Shown here one piece after another: positions 1-8,000 of a stretch of DNA of 64,000 bases. The DNA comes from a virus, in IMG/VR virus record IMGVR_UViG_3300020455_000616. One strand, written 5' to 3'. Made by a program: the position numbers and the translations under genes. The notes below the pieces were generated by a model. That model worked only from the letters and a program-made list of their open reading frames with translations. It searched no databases and was not told where the DNA came from. Numbering within the stretch: the first letter of the stretch is position 1; each line of letters begins with the position of its first letter.

Positions 1-153
1 TGCTAATCCATGACAATCAATAATGCATTGTGTAACTTGTAGTATACCATTATCTGCATCATATAAGTTCTCTTCAAAATGTCTTTCTAATTTGTCAATT
101 AGTTCTAATCTTATACCCTCAGAGAATAGATCACTTTTATTATAAAATTCCAT
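1..153 (-). CDS. hypothetical protein, 3'-truncated by window edge
   Basis: Hand translation: MEFYNKSDLFSEGIRLELIDKLERHFEENLYDADNGILQVTQCIIDCHGLA..., open to position 1; start overlaps the radical SAM stop. Confidence 0.6.
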   Translation of the reverse strand, partial: MEFYNKSDLFSEGIRLELIDKLERHFEENLYDADNGILQVTQCIIDCHGLA

Positions 154-952
154 AATGTTTAGGAGAATATAATGGAGATGGTTTTTTAAATCGACCTGAT
201 TTCTTGGGGCACATTGCACAAACAGTCTCTGCCTTTCTGGAGAAGAACTTCTCTATATCTCCATCAGGACTTAATGGTATGTATTTAAGATATGGTTCCC
301 ATTTATCTGAGAGATTATACTTTTCTTTTTGTAGAGGTAGGTATGCTAAAGGAGCACACTTATATATTTTATCTCTATACAGTTGGAAGTTCTCTTGTCC
401 TGTAGGACAATTATCCCAACTCTCTTTGAAGTCATCACTTCCTATTGGTTCAATCGTAGGACCATAACCTACATATGCCTTTAACCAATAGTCAACTGCA
501 TCATGTATAATATATTCCACACCCCAAGATTTAATTTTATCAATACATTTATCAAATAATTTTATATAATTATCATCATCAGAATGTTTTGTAATTGTAA
601 GAACACAATTAGTATCAGATAATGCCTTGGGAAGATCAGGATGTTTATCAATCAATAAAGCATTAGTTACCAATTCAAATAACTGATCAGATTCTATACT
701 CCAAATCTCTTTTGTCATATAGATGATTTCTATAATATCTTTATTCAATAATGGTTCACCACCAAGCATAGATAACTCCCTCGGTCTGATCTTATCAATC
801 CAAGGGAGATACCAAGACTTTAATTCATCTACTGTAAAATTTTCTTTATAACCATCGTTAGTAAAATGTCCACATCCCTGACAAGTAAAGTTGCAGGAAT
901 GTGTTACGTGCCATTCTAAATGTGGTACATCAATTACCTTGAACCTTTCCAT
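140..952 (-). CDS. radical SAM protein with C-terminal SPASM/twitch-like Cys cluster
   Basis: CxxxCxxC motif (CNFTCQGC), GGEPLL motif, C-terminal Cys (NCP..YKC..CAMCP). Confidence 0.9.
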   Translation of the reverse strand: MERFKVIDVPHLEWHVTHSCNFTCQGCGHFTNDGYKENFTVDELKSWYLPWIDKIRPRELSMLGGEPLLNKDIIEIIYMTKEIWSIESDQLFELVTNALLIDKHPDLPKALSDTNCVLTITKHSDDDNYIKLFDKCIDKIKSWGVEYIIHDAVDYWLKAYVGYGPTIEPIGSDDFKESWDNCPTGQENFQLYRDKIYKCAPLAYLPLQKEKYNLSDKWEPYLKYIPLSPDGDIEKFFSRKAETVCAMCPKKSGRFKKPSPLYSPKHYGIL

Positions 953-1535
953 TTTGTCCAGGTTTAAAATAATTCATACCACCATCTCCAGCATACCACC
1001 CAGTAGCAATATACTTAGTTTTGTTAGGTGGATTACCTCTATGTAAATGAGTAAAAGAACCTGGCCATATAGCGATCCTACCTTTCTTAGGAGTTACTTT
1101 AGTTTGTTGATATAAAAATTCTGTTTCACCACTATCATTAATATCATTAAAGTATACTGTCCAAGCAAGAGTACGAAGTTGTGCTTCCCATGTACTATCT
1201 TCAGCATGCCACGCATGATACCCTTCCATAGGTTCAGTCTTTTGAAGTAAAACTAATCCACTATAGAAATTGAAATTAGAAAGATATGGGTACTTATCCA
1301 TGTACATACCAAAGCAGTCATCAACACGTTCTTGTATATAATTTGCCTCACCAGGAGAAAAACTATTCAGTGCGATTTGTTTGTCTTGTTGTACTGGGTT
1401 ATTCCTATTAGCAATATATTTTGTAGTCTTCCAATAATCAATAATCCATTTAGAAAAATCGGGATCAAAGGCATTATCCCAGATCCCGATAAACTTATCC
1501 AAGTATGTTGTTTCTATCTCAGTTTTTTTATTCAT
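930..1535 (-). CDS. 2OG-Fe(II) oxygenase
   Basis: GYHAWHAED (HxE/D), GGETEF-like strand, THLHRG distal His/Arg; start moved to MNKKT (SD GGAGTG). Confidence 0.85.
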   Translation of the reverse strand: MNKKTEIETTYLDKFIGIWDNAFDPDFSKWIIDYWKTTKYIANRNNPVQQDKQIALNSFSPGEANYIQERVDDCFGMYMDKYPYLSNFNFYSGLVLLQKTEPMEGYHAWHAEDSTWEAQLRTLAWTVYFNDINDSGETEFLYQQTKVTPKKGRIAIWPGSFTHLHRGNPPNKTKYIATGWYAGDGGMNYFKPGQNGKVQGN

Positions 1536-1744
1536 ATCACTCCAATAAGATCCTCTGCAATACACTCCATAATATTATTGTAGTCTGCATCAGGATCTTC
1601 TCCTGATAATTCTACACCTTCACTCACATAATATCTCATAACTTTTTTATATAGTTTTGGATTTTTTATATCTAAATAAATTTCTTTGTTTGCAGCAGCA
1701 CGTAGAGTGCTTAGATCTTTTTTGAATTTAGAAGTGAGTGTCAT
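1532..1744 (-). CDS. small conserved-type cyanophage hypothetical protein
   Basis: ORF from MTLTSKFKKDL with SD GAGGAA; own sigma70-like promoter upstream. Confidence 0.7.
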   Translation of the reverse strand: MTLTSKFKKDLSTLRAAANKEIYLDIKNPKLYKKVMRYYVSEGVELSGEDPDADYNNIMECIAEDLIGVI

Positions 1745-1775
1745 TTCCTCGATGACTCTTTGTTTACTTTTATAT

Positions 1776-1804
1776 ATTATAGACGATACCGTTAGATATC
1801 GCAA
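1776..1804 (-). promoter_or_regulatory. sigma70-like (early) promoter TTGCGA-17-TATAAT
   Basis: -35 at 1799-1804, -10 at 1776-1781, 17 bp spacer. Confidence 0.6.
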
Positions 1805-2016
1805 GATGGTTCCCAACCCAAATGATTAGTATCTGCAGGTGGCCATTCTGGTTTTACTAATTTCCTTTCTACTACTCCAATGTTCCTCAACTCAAGGACT
1901 TCAAAGTCTCCTTCAATTTGATAAGTTCGTCCACGTCCACATTGACTCCATATTTCTTGGAAATTATCTTTGAAGTACTCCAAAGAAATTTTTTCAGTCT
2001 GTACTTGTGCGTTCAT
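1792..2016 (-). CDS. hypothetical protein
   Basis: 74 aa ORF, 4 bp overlap with upstream gene. Confidence 0.6.
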   Translation of the reverse strand: MNAQVQTEKISLEYFKDNFQEIWSQCGRGRTYQIEGDFEVLELRNIGVVERKLVKPEWPPADTNHLGWEPSCDI

Positions 2017-2738
2017 TGTTCGATCTCCTCATCGAGAACTTCCTGCATGCAGGAGTATTTACATTTTTGACCTAGGTACTCTGTACTATTCCAATCGACA
2101 GGTCGCCAATGGAAGTACATGTTCCTATAAAACTTACCCAAGAATGGTGTATTTCTTGAGTGAGGACATAAGCTTTCATAAAAAAGCATATCTCCTTTTT
2201 CAAATGTTACCCTATGTATAACTTTATCATGATCAACAAATTCCAAAGGCCACTTAGTTTCTTCAGGACTCTCATCAATAAAAATTATAATACTGATAAC
2301 ATGAGTCTCTGCCTTATCTCTATGAATTGATAGAATGGAATTTGGAATGTATTCCCTTATACCATATCCAGCAGAGAACTCAAGGTCTACCCCACTCCAC
2401 TCTTCCATTAATGGTTGTAATTGCTTACTCCATTTTTGAATAAGATCTTGTGGTAGTGTAGACCTCTTATAATACACCTCTTCTGGTTTTTTTGCAAACC
2501 TAACTGCTATAGATCCACCAACAACATACTCACCATAATCCTCATCAAATCCTCTCTCATCATTAATCTCTTCTCCAAACTTACACCTACTATAATGCTC
2601 CATGATATCTGCGTAGATATCATCAGGAATTTTTACTTTCTTAAATCCTTCTTTAGTAAACCGAGGCCATTTAACTGAAGGTCTCCAATTACTTTTTTTA
2701 CCTTCCCAACCTTGATTCTCACCAAAAAATTCAGGCAT
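2013..2738 (-). CDS. 2OG-Fe(II) oxygenase-like protein
   Basis: LSIHRD (HxD), GDMLFYES...CPHSR distal His, RNMYFHW. Confidence 0.75.
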   Translation of the reverse strand: MPEFFGENQGWEGKKSNWRPSVKWPRFTKEGFKKVKIPDDIYADIMEHYSRCKFGEEINDERGFDEDYGEYVVGGSIAVRFAKKPEEVYYKRSTLPQDLIQKWSKQLQPLMEEWSGVDLEFSAGYGIREYIPNSILSIHRDKAETHVISIIIFIDESPEETKWPLEFVDHDKVIHRVTFEKGDMLFYESLCPHSRNTPFLGKFYRNMYFHWRPVDWNSTEYLGQKCKYSCMQEVLDEEIEQ

Positions 2739-2740
2739 GA

Positions 2741-3355
2741 CTACCTCAACTTAGGACCATACATCCAAGTTACAAGAGACACTCTTCTACCTTTAGTTAC
2801 TTTCTTTACCTTATGAGGAACTCTAGAATCAAAAACTATAATAGTACCTTTTTCTTTTGGAGTATTAATTTCATTACCATGATAATCTATGAAGACTAAA
2901 TCACCACCATCATACTCACTAGGATCTGTTACTAAAACACTGGCACTTAACTTACGTGTCCAGTTCTGTTTAGTAGATGTTCCATAATCACTATGCCATC
3001 CATAGTGACCACCCTCCTGATACACAGAGATTTGAATACTCTCAAGAGTATTTAAATCGTATTGCCACGTTCTTTTATTTGCTAGATTTATATAATGTGA
3101 TATAACACTATTTGCCCAGTGATCTTCATACCACCAATTAACTTTAGAATTACGTACAGTAAGATCATTTCTTCCATACTGGTCACCACCAACACCAGCA
3201 TCCTCAAATGGAACTCTATCTTCTTCCATCTGTTTAAGTTCCTTTACCATGAGATCCACTAACTCAGGTGGAAGTTTCTCTTGCCAAAAAACTACTGGGG
3301 AATCCGCAACTACATGAGGCTCAATACTTAAACCATGCTCTCGATCACTTGCCAT
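2741..3355 (-). CDS. 2OG-Fe(II) oxygenase (PKHD/prolyl 4-hydroxylase type)
   Basis: YGWHSD, RKLSASV, YDGGDL, FDSRVPHKV, GRRVSLVTW. Confidence 0.9.
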   Translation of the reverse strand: MASDREHGLSIEPHVVADSPVVFWQEKLPPELVDLMVKELKQMEEDRVPFEDAGVGGDQYGRNDLTVRNSKVNWWYEDHWANSVISHYINLANKRTWQYDLNTLESIQISVYQEGGHYGWHSDYGTSTKQNWTRKLSASVLVTDPSEYDGGDLVFIDYHGNEINTPKEKGTIIVFDSRVPHKVKKVTKGRRVSLVTWMYGPKLR

Positions 3356-3394
3356 ATCATACCTTAATATAACGATATTTTACATTCAAGATTG

Positions 3395-3979
3395 TTACTT
3401 GTCAATCTCTGCTTTTATATATGAGACGATAAGGACTCCTCTTCTACCACTACTTTTATTATATGCATAATGCTCTCCTTCCTCATCAAATATATTTAAA
3501 TCACCGTTGCCTAGTAATCTAGTCTCACCACCACATATCAATGCACTATCACCATCCTCTGGTATGTCTAAAGATAGATGAAATTTATATACTGTAGAAT
3601 CCATATACTGAGGATCTATTCTCTTATCTCCATCAGCATGAGGATCTAACTCTGCACCTGGTTCTAGTATAGAGAAGACTGCAAGAATTGGTTTTATATC
3701 CTGTGCTAAGAGTAAATCAGTGGTAAAGGAATGTCTTACTTCTAATGGTGTAAGTTTGATTTCTTTACGACTAAAAACTAAAGGACATACTTGCCACATG
3801 TATCCAGTATACTCTGGAATAAAAGATTCAAAATCAGTAGCGTCGGCAGTAAGATTATAATTATGAGAGTAATCAAAAAAGTATTGCATATCCCTGAATC
3901 GGATATAGTCCTGTTTAATCTTGTCTAGATTATCGGTAAAGATCTTAGGATCTATTTTTGTTACTTCGTTAATAAACAT
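3395..3979 (-). CDS. aspartyl/asparaginyl beta-hydroxylase-like 2OG oxygenase
   Basis: FSILEPGAELDPHAD, FHLSL, FDEEGEHYAYN..RR; start moved to MFINEV. Confidence 0.8.
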   Translation of the reverse strand: MFINEVTKIDPKIFTDNLDKIKQDYIRFRDMQYFFDYSHNYNLTADATDFESFIPEYTGYMWQVCPLVFSRKEIKLTPLEVRHSFTTDLLLAQDIKPILAVFSILEPGAELDPHADGDKRIDPQYMDSTVYKFHLSLDIPEDGDSALICGGETRLLGNGDLNIFDEEGEHYAYNKSSGRRGVLIVSYIKAEIDK

Positions 3980-3980
3980 T

Positions 3981-4583
3981 TTAGATTGGTTGTAAATTGT
4001 AATCCTCATCATAGATGGCATACTGCATACCATCTTCTTTAACATCACCAAAATTGAATACTTTTTTTGATAGAACGCTTCTCTGAATAGTTCCTTGCTG
4101 TTCAGATTCTTTGGTGTGACCTAAATCAAATTTAATCCCAAGTGGATCAGAGACAATTATATCTCCAGGTTCTCCCTTAAGTCCTGCCATACCAGAGTCA
4201 GTTCCTATTAACAACTCTTTCATTTTTCTAAAACTACTGATAGCAATTTTAGCACGTTCTTTGGGGGTGAACTCCCTTGGATCTACAAGGTATTTAACAT
4301 CCCATCCAACGTCACCAACTCTACCTGGTTCTGGATACCTAATATTTTGGATTAGATGTTTAATCTTATCCGTAACTTTAGAAGGAGAATGTTTAGATCT
4401 TAACTGTTCATATTCAAGGTTGATATAAGTTAATTTATTCTTATACTCAATTACATAAGGACAAACAACTATTCCATTACCCCTAAACTCAAAGGCAAAC
4501 TTTGTCCCAACCTTAAGTTGAACTCCTTCAATTGGTGAATCATCTTCATACCCTAGGGTCTTTATATAATCATGAATATTCAT
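3981..4583 (-). CDS. hypothetical protein
   Basis: 200 aa ORF tightly packed between neighbours; no motif recognised. Confidence 0.75.
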   Translation of the reverse strand: MNIHDYIKTLGYEDDSPIEGVQLKVGTKFAFEFRGNGIVVCPYVIEYKNKLTYINLEYEQLRSKHSPSKVTDKIKHLIQNIRYPEPGRVGDVGWDVKYLVDPREFTPKERAKIAISSFRKMKELLIGTDSGMAGLKGEPGDIIVSDPLGIKFDLGHTKESEQQGTIQRSVLSKKVFNFGDVKEDGMQYAIYDEDYNLQPI

Positions 4584-4825
4584 CGTACTTCAAAATCCAA
4601 TCGTTTAACTTTTCTTCTCTTCCTATTTTCTTGCCACTCTAATTCTTCTTTACTGAGTGTGGTCTCTTCCACGCCATGAATGTGGTTAAGCATAACAACA
4701 CTACTAAGATCCTTAGCACTCACACTCTCGTCACTCACAATCATTTGATTGGAACAACCGCAGCACTGAGGTTTCTTAGAACTTGCTAATTCCACTCCAC
4801 ACATCTTACACCTAACTAACATCAT
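4580..4825 (-). CDS. putative Zn-binding hypothetical protein
   Basis: CKMC...CCGC cysteine pairs; basic C-terminus. Confidence 0.7.
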   Translation of the reverse strand: MMLVRCKMCGVELASSKKPQCCGCSNQMIVSDESVSAKDLSSVVMLNHIHGVEETTLSKEELEWQENRKRRKVKRLDFEVR

Positions 4826-5021
4826 CTTCTTCTACCTCCGTTTCAAACTCTGTGATAGCATCAACAGGAACTTCTGCTTTTCCTATACGATACCAATGAA
4901 CCATATCACCTGTTTTATAACTAGGACGCTCTCCAATATATTCTAAATCAGGAAAATTATTCTCCCTGAGTACTGCTTGAAGTCGGTAGTGTAGTAGATC
5001 TTCTCTTGTTGGCATACCCAA
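4812..5021 (-). CDS. hypothetical protein
   Basis: 69 aa ORF in operon context. Confidence 0.65.
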   Translation of the reverse strand: MGMPTREDLLHYRLQAVLRENNFPDLEYIGERPSYKTGDMVHWYRIGKAEVPVDAITEFETEVEEDDVS

Positions 5022-5457
5022 AACTCAAACTAATTCGTGGACCTTTATTACATATCGGATTATGATATGTATACGCAGGAATAAAAAGACTATCACCTGG
5101 TTCTAGATGTGCATATGTACCATCATCAAAACCATATGTCATTTTACCTCTTGCTTGTACTATAATAACATCCGTATCATCATTGTGTCTACCATAGGTA
5201 GGTGCTCCTCTAATGAATGAAGCGTACACATGCATGCTATTGATACCAGATTCCTGAAGATCAACCTCTTCAAGAGCAGGATAAAGTGTACCAGGAAAAT
5301 AATTCTCACTGAAAGTAAAAAGAGAAGGAAACGTACCGCTTCCTTCACCAACAATTCTACAACGATCAGAGGAAAGATCGTGATCCATTTTATCAATCAC
5401 ATCATCCCATGTTACCTTCTTACACTTTTGGAACCTATTTTTAGTTAGTTCGTACAT
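4957..5457 (-). CDS. cupin/JmjC-like 2OG oxygenase
   Basis: YGRHND (HxD), LEPGDSLFIPAYTYHNP, RISLSFG; paralogue of 20618..21076. Confidence 0.8.
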   Translation of the reverse strand: MYELTKNRFQKCKKVTWDDVIDKMDHDLSSDRCRIVGEGSGTFPSLFTFSENYFPGTLYPALEEVDLQESGINSMHVYASFIRGAPTYGRHNDDTDVIIVQARGKMTYGFDDGTYAHLEPGDSLFIPAYTYHNPICNKGPRISLSFGYANKRRSTTLPTSSSTQGE

Positions 5458-5467
5458 GTTTAAAAAG

Positions 5468-5667
5468 AGTGTGTGGGAGGTTGGATTTCTGTATTACCAA
5501 CAAAGAACGGGCATTACTACAGTAGTAAATTTTACGTCCTTGCTTGAGACCCGACTGGTAAGTCGATTCTGCTCTCGCAGCAGCACCACCTGTGTCTCAT
5601 CACCTTAACCAGCTATATGCCAGAAAGTTTATTCAGTCACTCCCTTGTCAAGACCGTCGCCTCAACA
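5468..5667 (-). ncRNA. structured non-coding RNA, probably manA RNA motif
   Basis: Intergenic with own promoter; stems GGGAG/CUCCC, GAGAC/GUCUC, CUGC-GAGA-GCAG (GNRA), CGACU-UACC-AGUCG, CAAGGACG/CGUUCUUUG, GUUGG/CCAAC; family name from recollection of the cyanophage manA motif. Confidence 0.7.
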
Positions 5668-5673
5668 AATGTA

Positions 5674-5702
5674 TTATATCAGGGTGTCTACTGGTTGTCA
5701 AG
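5674..5702 (-). promoter_or_regulatory. sigma70-like promoter CTGACA-17-TATAAT driving the ncRNA
   Basis: -35 5697-5702, -10 5674-5679. Confidence 0.75.
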
Positions 5703-5993
5703 CCATTCTTTTTTTTCACGTTTGGGCATGAAGTGATCTTCAAACTTCTGTGTCTTCTTCCTGCCTGTAGGCATTCCAGTGACAACATCTAGTTCTCCAC
5801 TATGTGCTTCAGAATGCTTGTATAAAAATTCCGATTGAGCATTCTTCTCCATTACCTGAGGTAAGATAGAATTCTCATCATCTCCAATCTGTTGTGCAAT
5901 ATATTTTTGGAACCCAGAAATATTATCAGCACCAAAATCTCCGAGGTCTTCCCTGTTGACGTGCTTAATACCTTGCTGTTTGTCTAAATCCAT
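5688..5993 (-). CDS. hypothetical protein
   Basis: 101 aa ORF in operon context. Confidence 0.65.
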   Translation of the reverse strand: MDLDKQQGIKHVNREDLGDFGADNISGFQKYIAQQIGDDENSILPQVMEKNAQSEFLYKHSEAHSGELDVVTGMPTGRKKTQKFEDHFMPKREKKEWLDNQ

Positions 5994-5998
5994 AATTG

Positions 5999-6403
5999 TC
6001 AGTGATGGTAAAAATTTCCATTAGGATGGAACATAGGGTCCTCTTCAGGAACCCTATTATATAGTAGTGATTGTCCCTTAAAATACTTACGTCCTTCCAA
6101 TTTATTCAGAGCATTACAAACACCGAGTTGTCCTTTAGGTGATGATAATTTTGCGACTAATTCTGGATCTATCTTCTTATTCGGAAATCTTTTTAATCCA
6201 TCGTATTGATGGGGTTGCTTGGTAACTCCCTGTATAGAATCTGGGAAGTCGTCAGATGCAACTCGGTTCATAATGTTAGCAGCAACACCGTATTCATCAT
6301 TAGAATGACGGTATGCCTCAACTTGTACTACTCTTGCTATTTCTACATACTCAGCGGGATCGAGAGTAGAGTACATTAAACATACTAAAGGAATTGGAAT
6401 CAT
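5999..6403 (-). CDS. cell wall hydrolase (SleB/Hydrolase_2 family)
   Basis: ARVVQVEA catalytic Glu, GVAANIMNRV...FP.SI..V..QPHQY signature; hydrophobic N-terminus. Confidence 0.8.
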   Translation of the reverse strand: MIPIPLVCLMYSTLDPAEYVEIARVVQVEAYRHSNDEYGVAANIMNRVASDDFPDSIQGVTKQPHQYDGLKRFPNKKIDPELVAKLSSPKGQLGVCNALNKLEGRKYFKGQSLLYNRVPEEDPMFHPNGNFYHH

Positions 6404-6415
6404 AACAAAAGAATT

Positions 6416-6625
6416 TTAAGGTGTTAGTTGACTTAGTGTGATAGCAGTCTTTTGTATTTTATTATACATGAAGATTAAATCTTCTGAAGAAACATGCTCC
6501 CATTTATGATACAAATCTTTGAGTTGACTGACATAGGTTTTGTTACCTATAGTTGATCCTATACCAGACATGTGATTTGCAACTATGGACTTGACTAGCA
6601 TGTCCCTAGTATACTTACTTGTCAT
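6416..6625 (-). CDS. hypothetical protein
   Basis: 69 aa ORF. Confidence 0.65.
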   Translation of the reverse strand: MTSKYTRDMLVKSIVANHMSGIGSTIGNKTYVSQLKDLYHKWEHVSSEDLIFMYNKIQKTAITLSQLTP

Positions 6626-6704
6626 TAAGTTGTACTAGTAACCCAACATAGAAAAATGCGTACATGAAACAGAAAATGTGGCAGCAAATAAGTTGCATCC
6701 ACAT
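6615..6704 (-). CDS. putative 29 aa hydrophobic microprotein
   Basis: Hand translation MWMQLICCHIFCFMYAFFYVGLLVQLNDK*; stop overlaps next start; downstream of late promoter; weak SD. Confidence 0.35.
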   Translation of the reverse strand: MWMQLICCHIFCFMYAFFYVGLLVQLNDK

Positions 6705-6751
6705 CGTCAAATTCTTCTACTTGGCTGGTTTTTACCTGTTAAGGTAGTAAT

Positions 6752-6758
6752 TATTTAG
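6752..6758 (-). promoter_or_regulatory. gp55-type late promoter (CTAAATA)
   Basis: TAAATA core at a gene junction upstream of the SleB hydrolase block. Confidence 0.55.
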
Positions 6759-7204
6759 GAAAAAAGAGTTCCTTCGTAGTAGTCTTTCTTGTAGTAGCGT
6801 CCTAAAACATTACTATTATAGTATGCAGGAGTGCCATCGTCAAGAGATTCTGTTAAGACATTATGTAAAAATAATTGTCTCGTTTCTTCGTAGTTTACTT
6901 TTCCTTGAGTTTTATAGAGTCCGAGGATTTCTCTTGAGAAGGAACTATTCCCCAGAAGTTTCCTGTCCTCGTTAAGTTCTTTAGAACTTCCGTAGTATGC
7001 TTTCCAGTTACTCTCACTCGTCCGTTTGCGTCTGCTACCTCTAGGCTTTCGATGCTGTTGGAAGTTCTTCCTTCCGATGTACTTCCTACCCGATTTAAGA
7101 TTAGTAATGAGGTAGACGAAACCGAACTGATCGCCAATATCGTCAGTAGTGAAAGGTTCACCCTCATATATCCAGGGGTTTTCATAAACTCCTGTTTTAG
7201 CCAT
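6755..7204 (-). CDS. GIY-YIG family endonuclease
   Basis: GFVYLITNLKSGRKYIGRK, YYGSS, conserved Glu (YEE) and YYNSN. Confidence 0.85.
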   Translation of the reverse strand: MAKTGVYENPWIYEGEPFTTDDIGDQFGFVYLITNLKSGRKYIGRKNFQQHRKPRGSRRKRTSESNWKAYYGSSKELNEDRKLLGNSSFSREILGLYKTQGKVNYEETRQLFLHNVLTESLDDGTPAYYNSNVLGRYYKKDYYEGTLFS

Positions 7205-7225
7205 GTCATAAATTTAATTTTCATA

Positions 7226-7930
7226 TCAAATATTTAGCAACAATTTTTGAGTCTCTTTATAGTCGCTTACATTGTAACAAGTTCCCATCATATTATCTAA
7301 TATTGCCATTGCTAAAGGATAATCATTCTGTCCTTCCTCCATCATGTCACCAAAGAAGTGTAGGTCATCAGTTTTATCAAAGTCTCTTAAGATTTGACTT
7401 TTGTTACTTCCCTTTGGTGCTAGATCTAATCCAGTCTGACCTCCTACCTGTACCTCTAGGTCTGGGAACTGGGTCTTAAGTCTCTCTGCTATATCAACTC
7501 TCTCTAATCTCTCCTTATCCCACTTAACATACTCTTCTCTTCCATTCAAGGTATCTTTACCTCTACCTAAAATGCTGAAGTTTACTCCACCAGGTCTTCT
7601 CTCAATGTGTAAACCATTCCTAATAGGGAAGCAACTATATGCTAACTCATCTTCTAAAAATTTTTCCACCTGCTTAGGTAGTTCCCAAGCATCCCTATAA
7701 ACATTTTTATTCTTTTCATATACATCACTACCAGAACAATTGTATACTCGTTTAGCAGTGTAGCATATATCAAGTCCTAACTGCTCTACAGTCTTCTCAC
7801 GGTCACTACCAGTAACCAGAGAGACGTGATTGTTACGACAGAATATAAGGAACGGAGCCCAAAACTCATGCTCAATTTTTTTGCGACTAGGAGTTAGAGT
7901 TCCGTCAACATCAAAAATATATTTACGCAT
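7226..7930 (-). CDS. pmm: phosphomannomutase, HAD-IIB (eukaryote-type PMM family)
   Basis: FDVDGTLTPSR motif I, VTGSD motif II, GGQTGLD, FFGDMMEEGQNDY motif IV. Confidence 0.85.
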   Translation of the reverse strand: MRKYIFDVDGTLTPSRKKIEHEFWAPFLIFCRNNHVSLVTGSDREKTVEQLGLDICYTAKRVYNCSGSDVYEKNKNVYRDAWELPKQVEKFLEDELAYSCFPIRNGLHIERRPGGVNFSILGRGKDTLNGREEYVKWDKERLERVDIAERLKTQFPDLEVQVGGQTGLDLAPKGSNKSQILRDFDKTDDLHFFGDMMEEGQNDYPLAMAILDNMMGTCYNVSDYKETQKLLLNI

Positions 7931-8000
7931 TGTTGATTGTATTTTTCAAAAATATGTACAACAGAATTGTAATACATACCCATACTATAAATGTGGTCAT
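7923..8000 (-). CDS. 25 aa single-TM microprotein
   Basis: MTTFIVWVCITILLYIFLKNTINNA*; ATGA overlap with nrdB stop and 8 bp overlap with PMM start. Confidence 0.55.
   Translation of the reverse strand: MTTFIVWVCITILLYIFLKNTINNA

Noticed and set aside
6755-7204. GIY-YIG gene as an intron-encoded mobile element
   Set aside because: It is free-standing with its own late box and no flanking group I intron structure; homing activity cannot be shown from sequence
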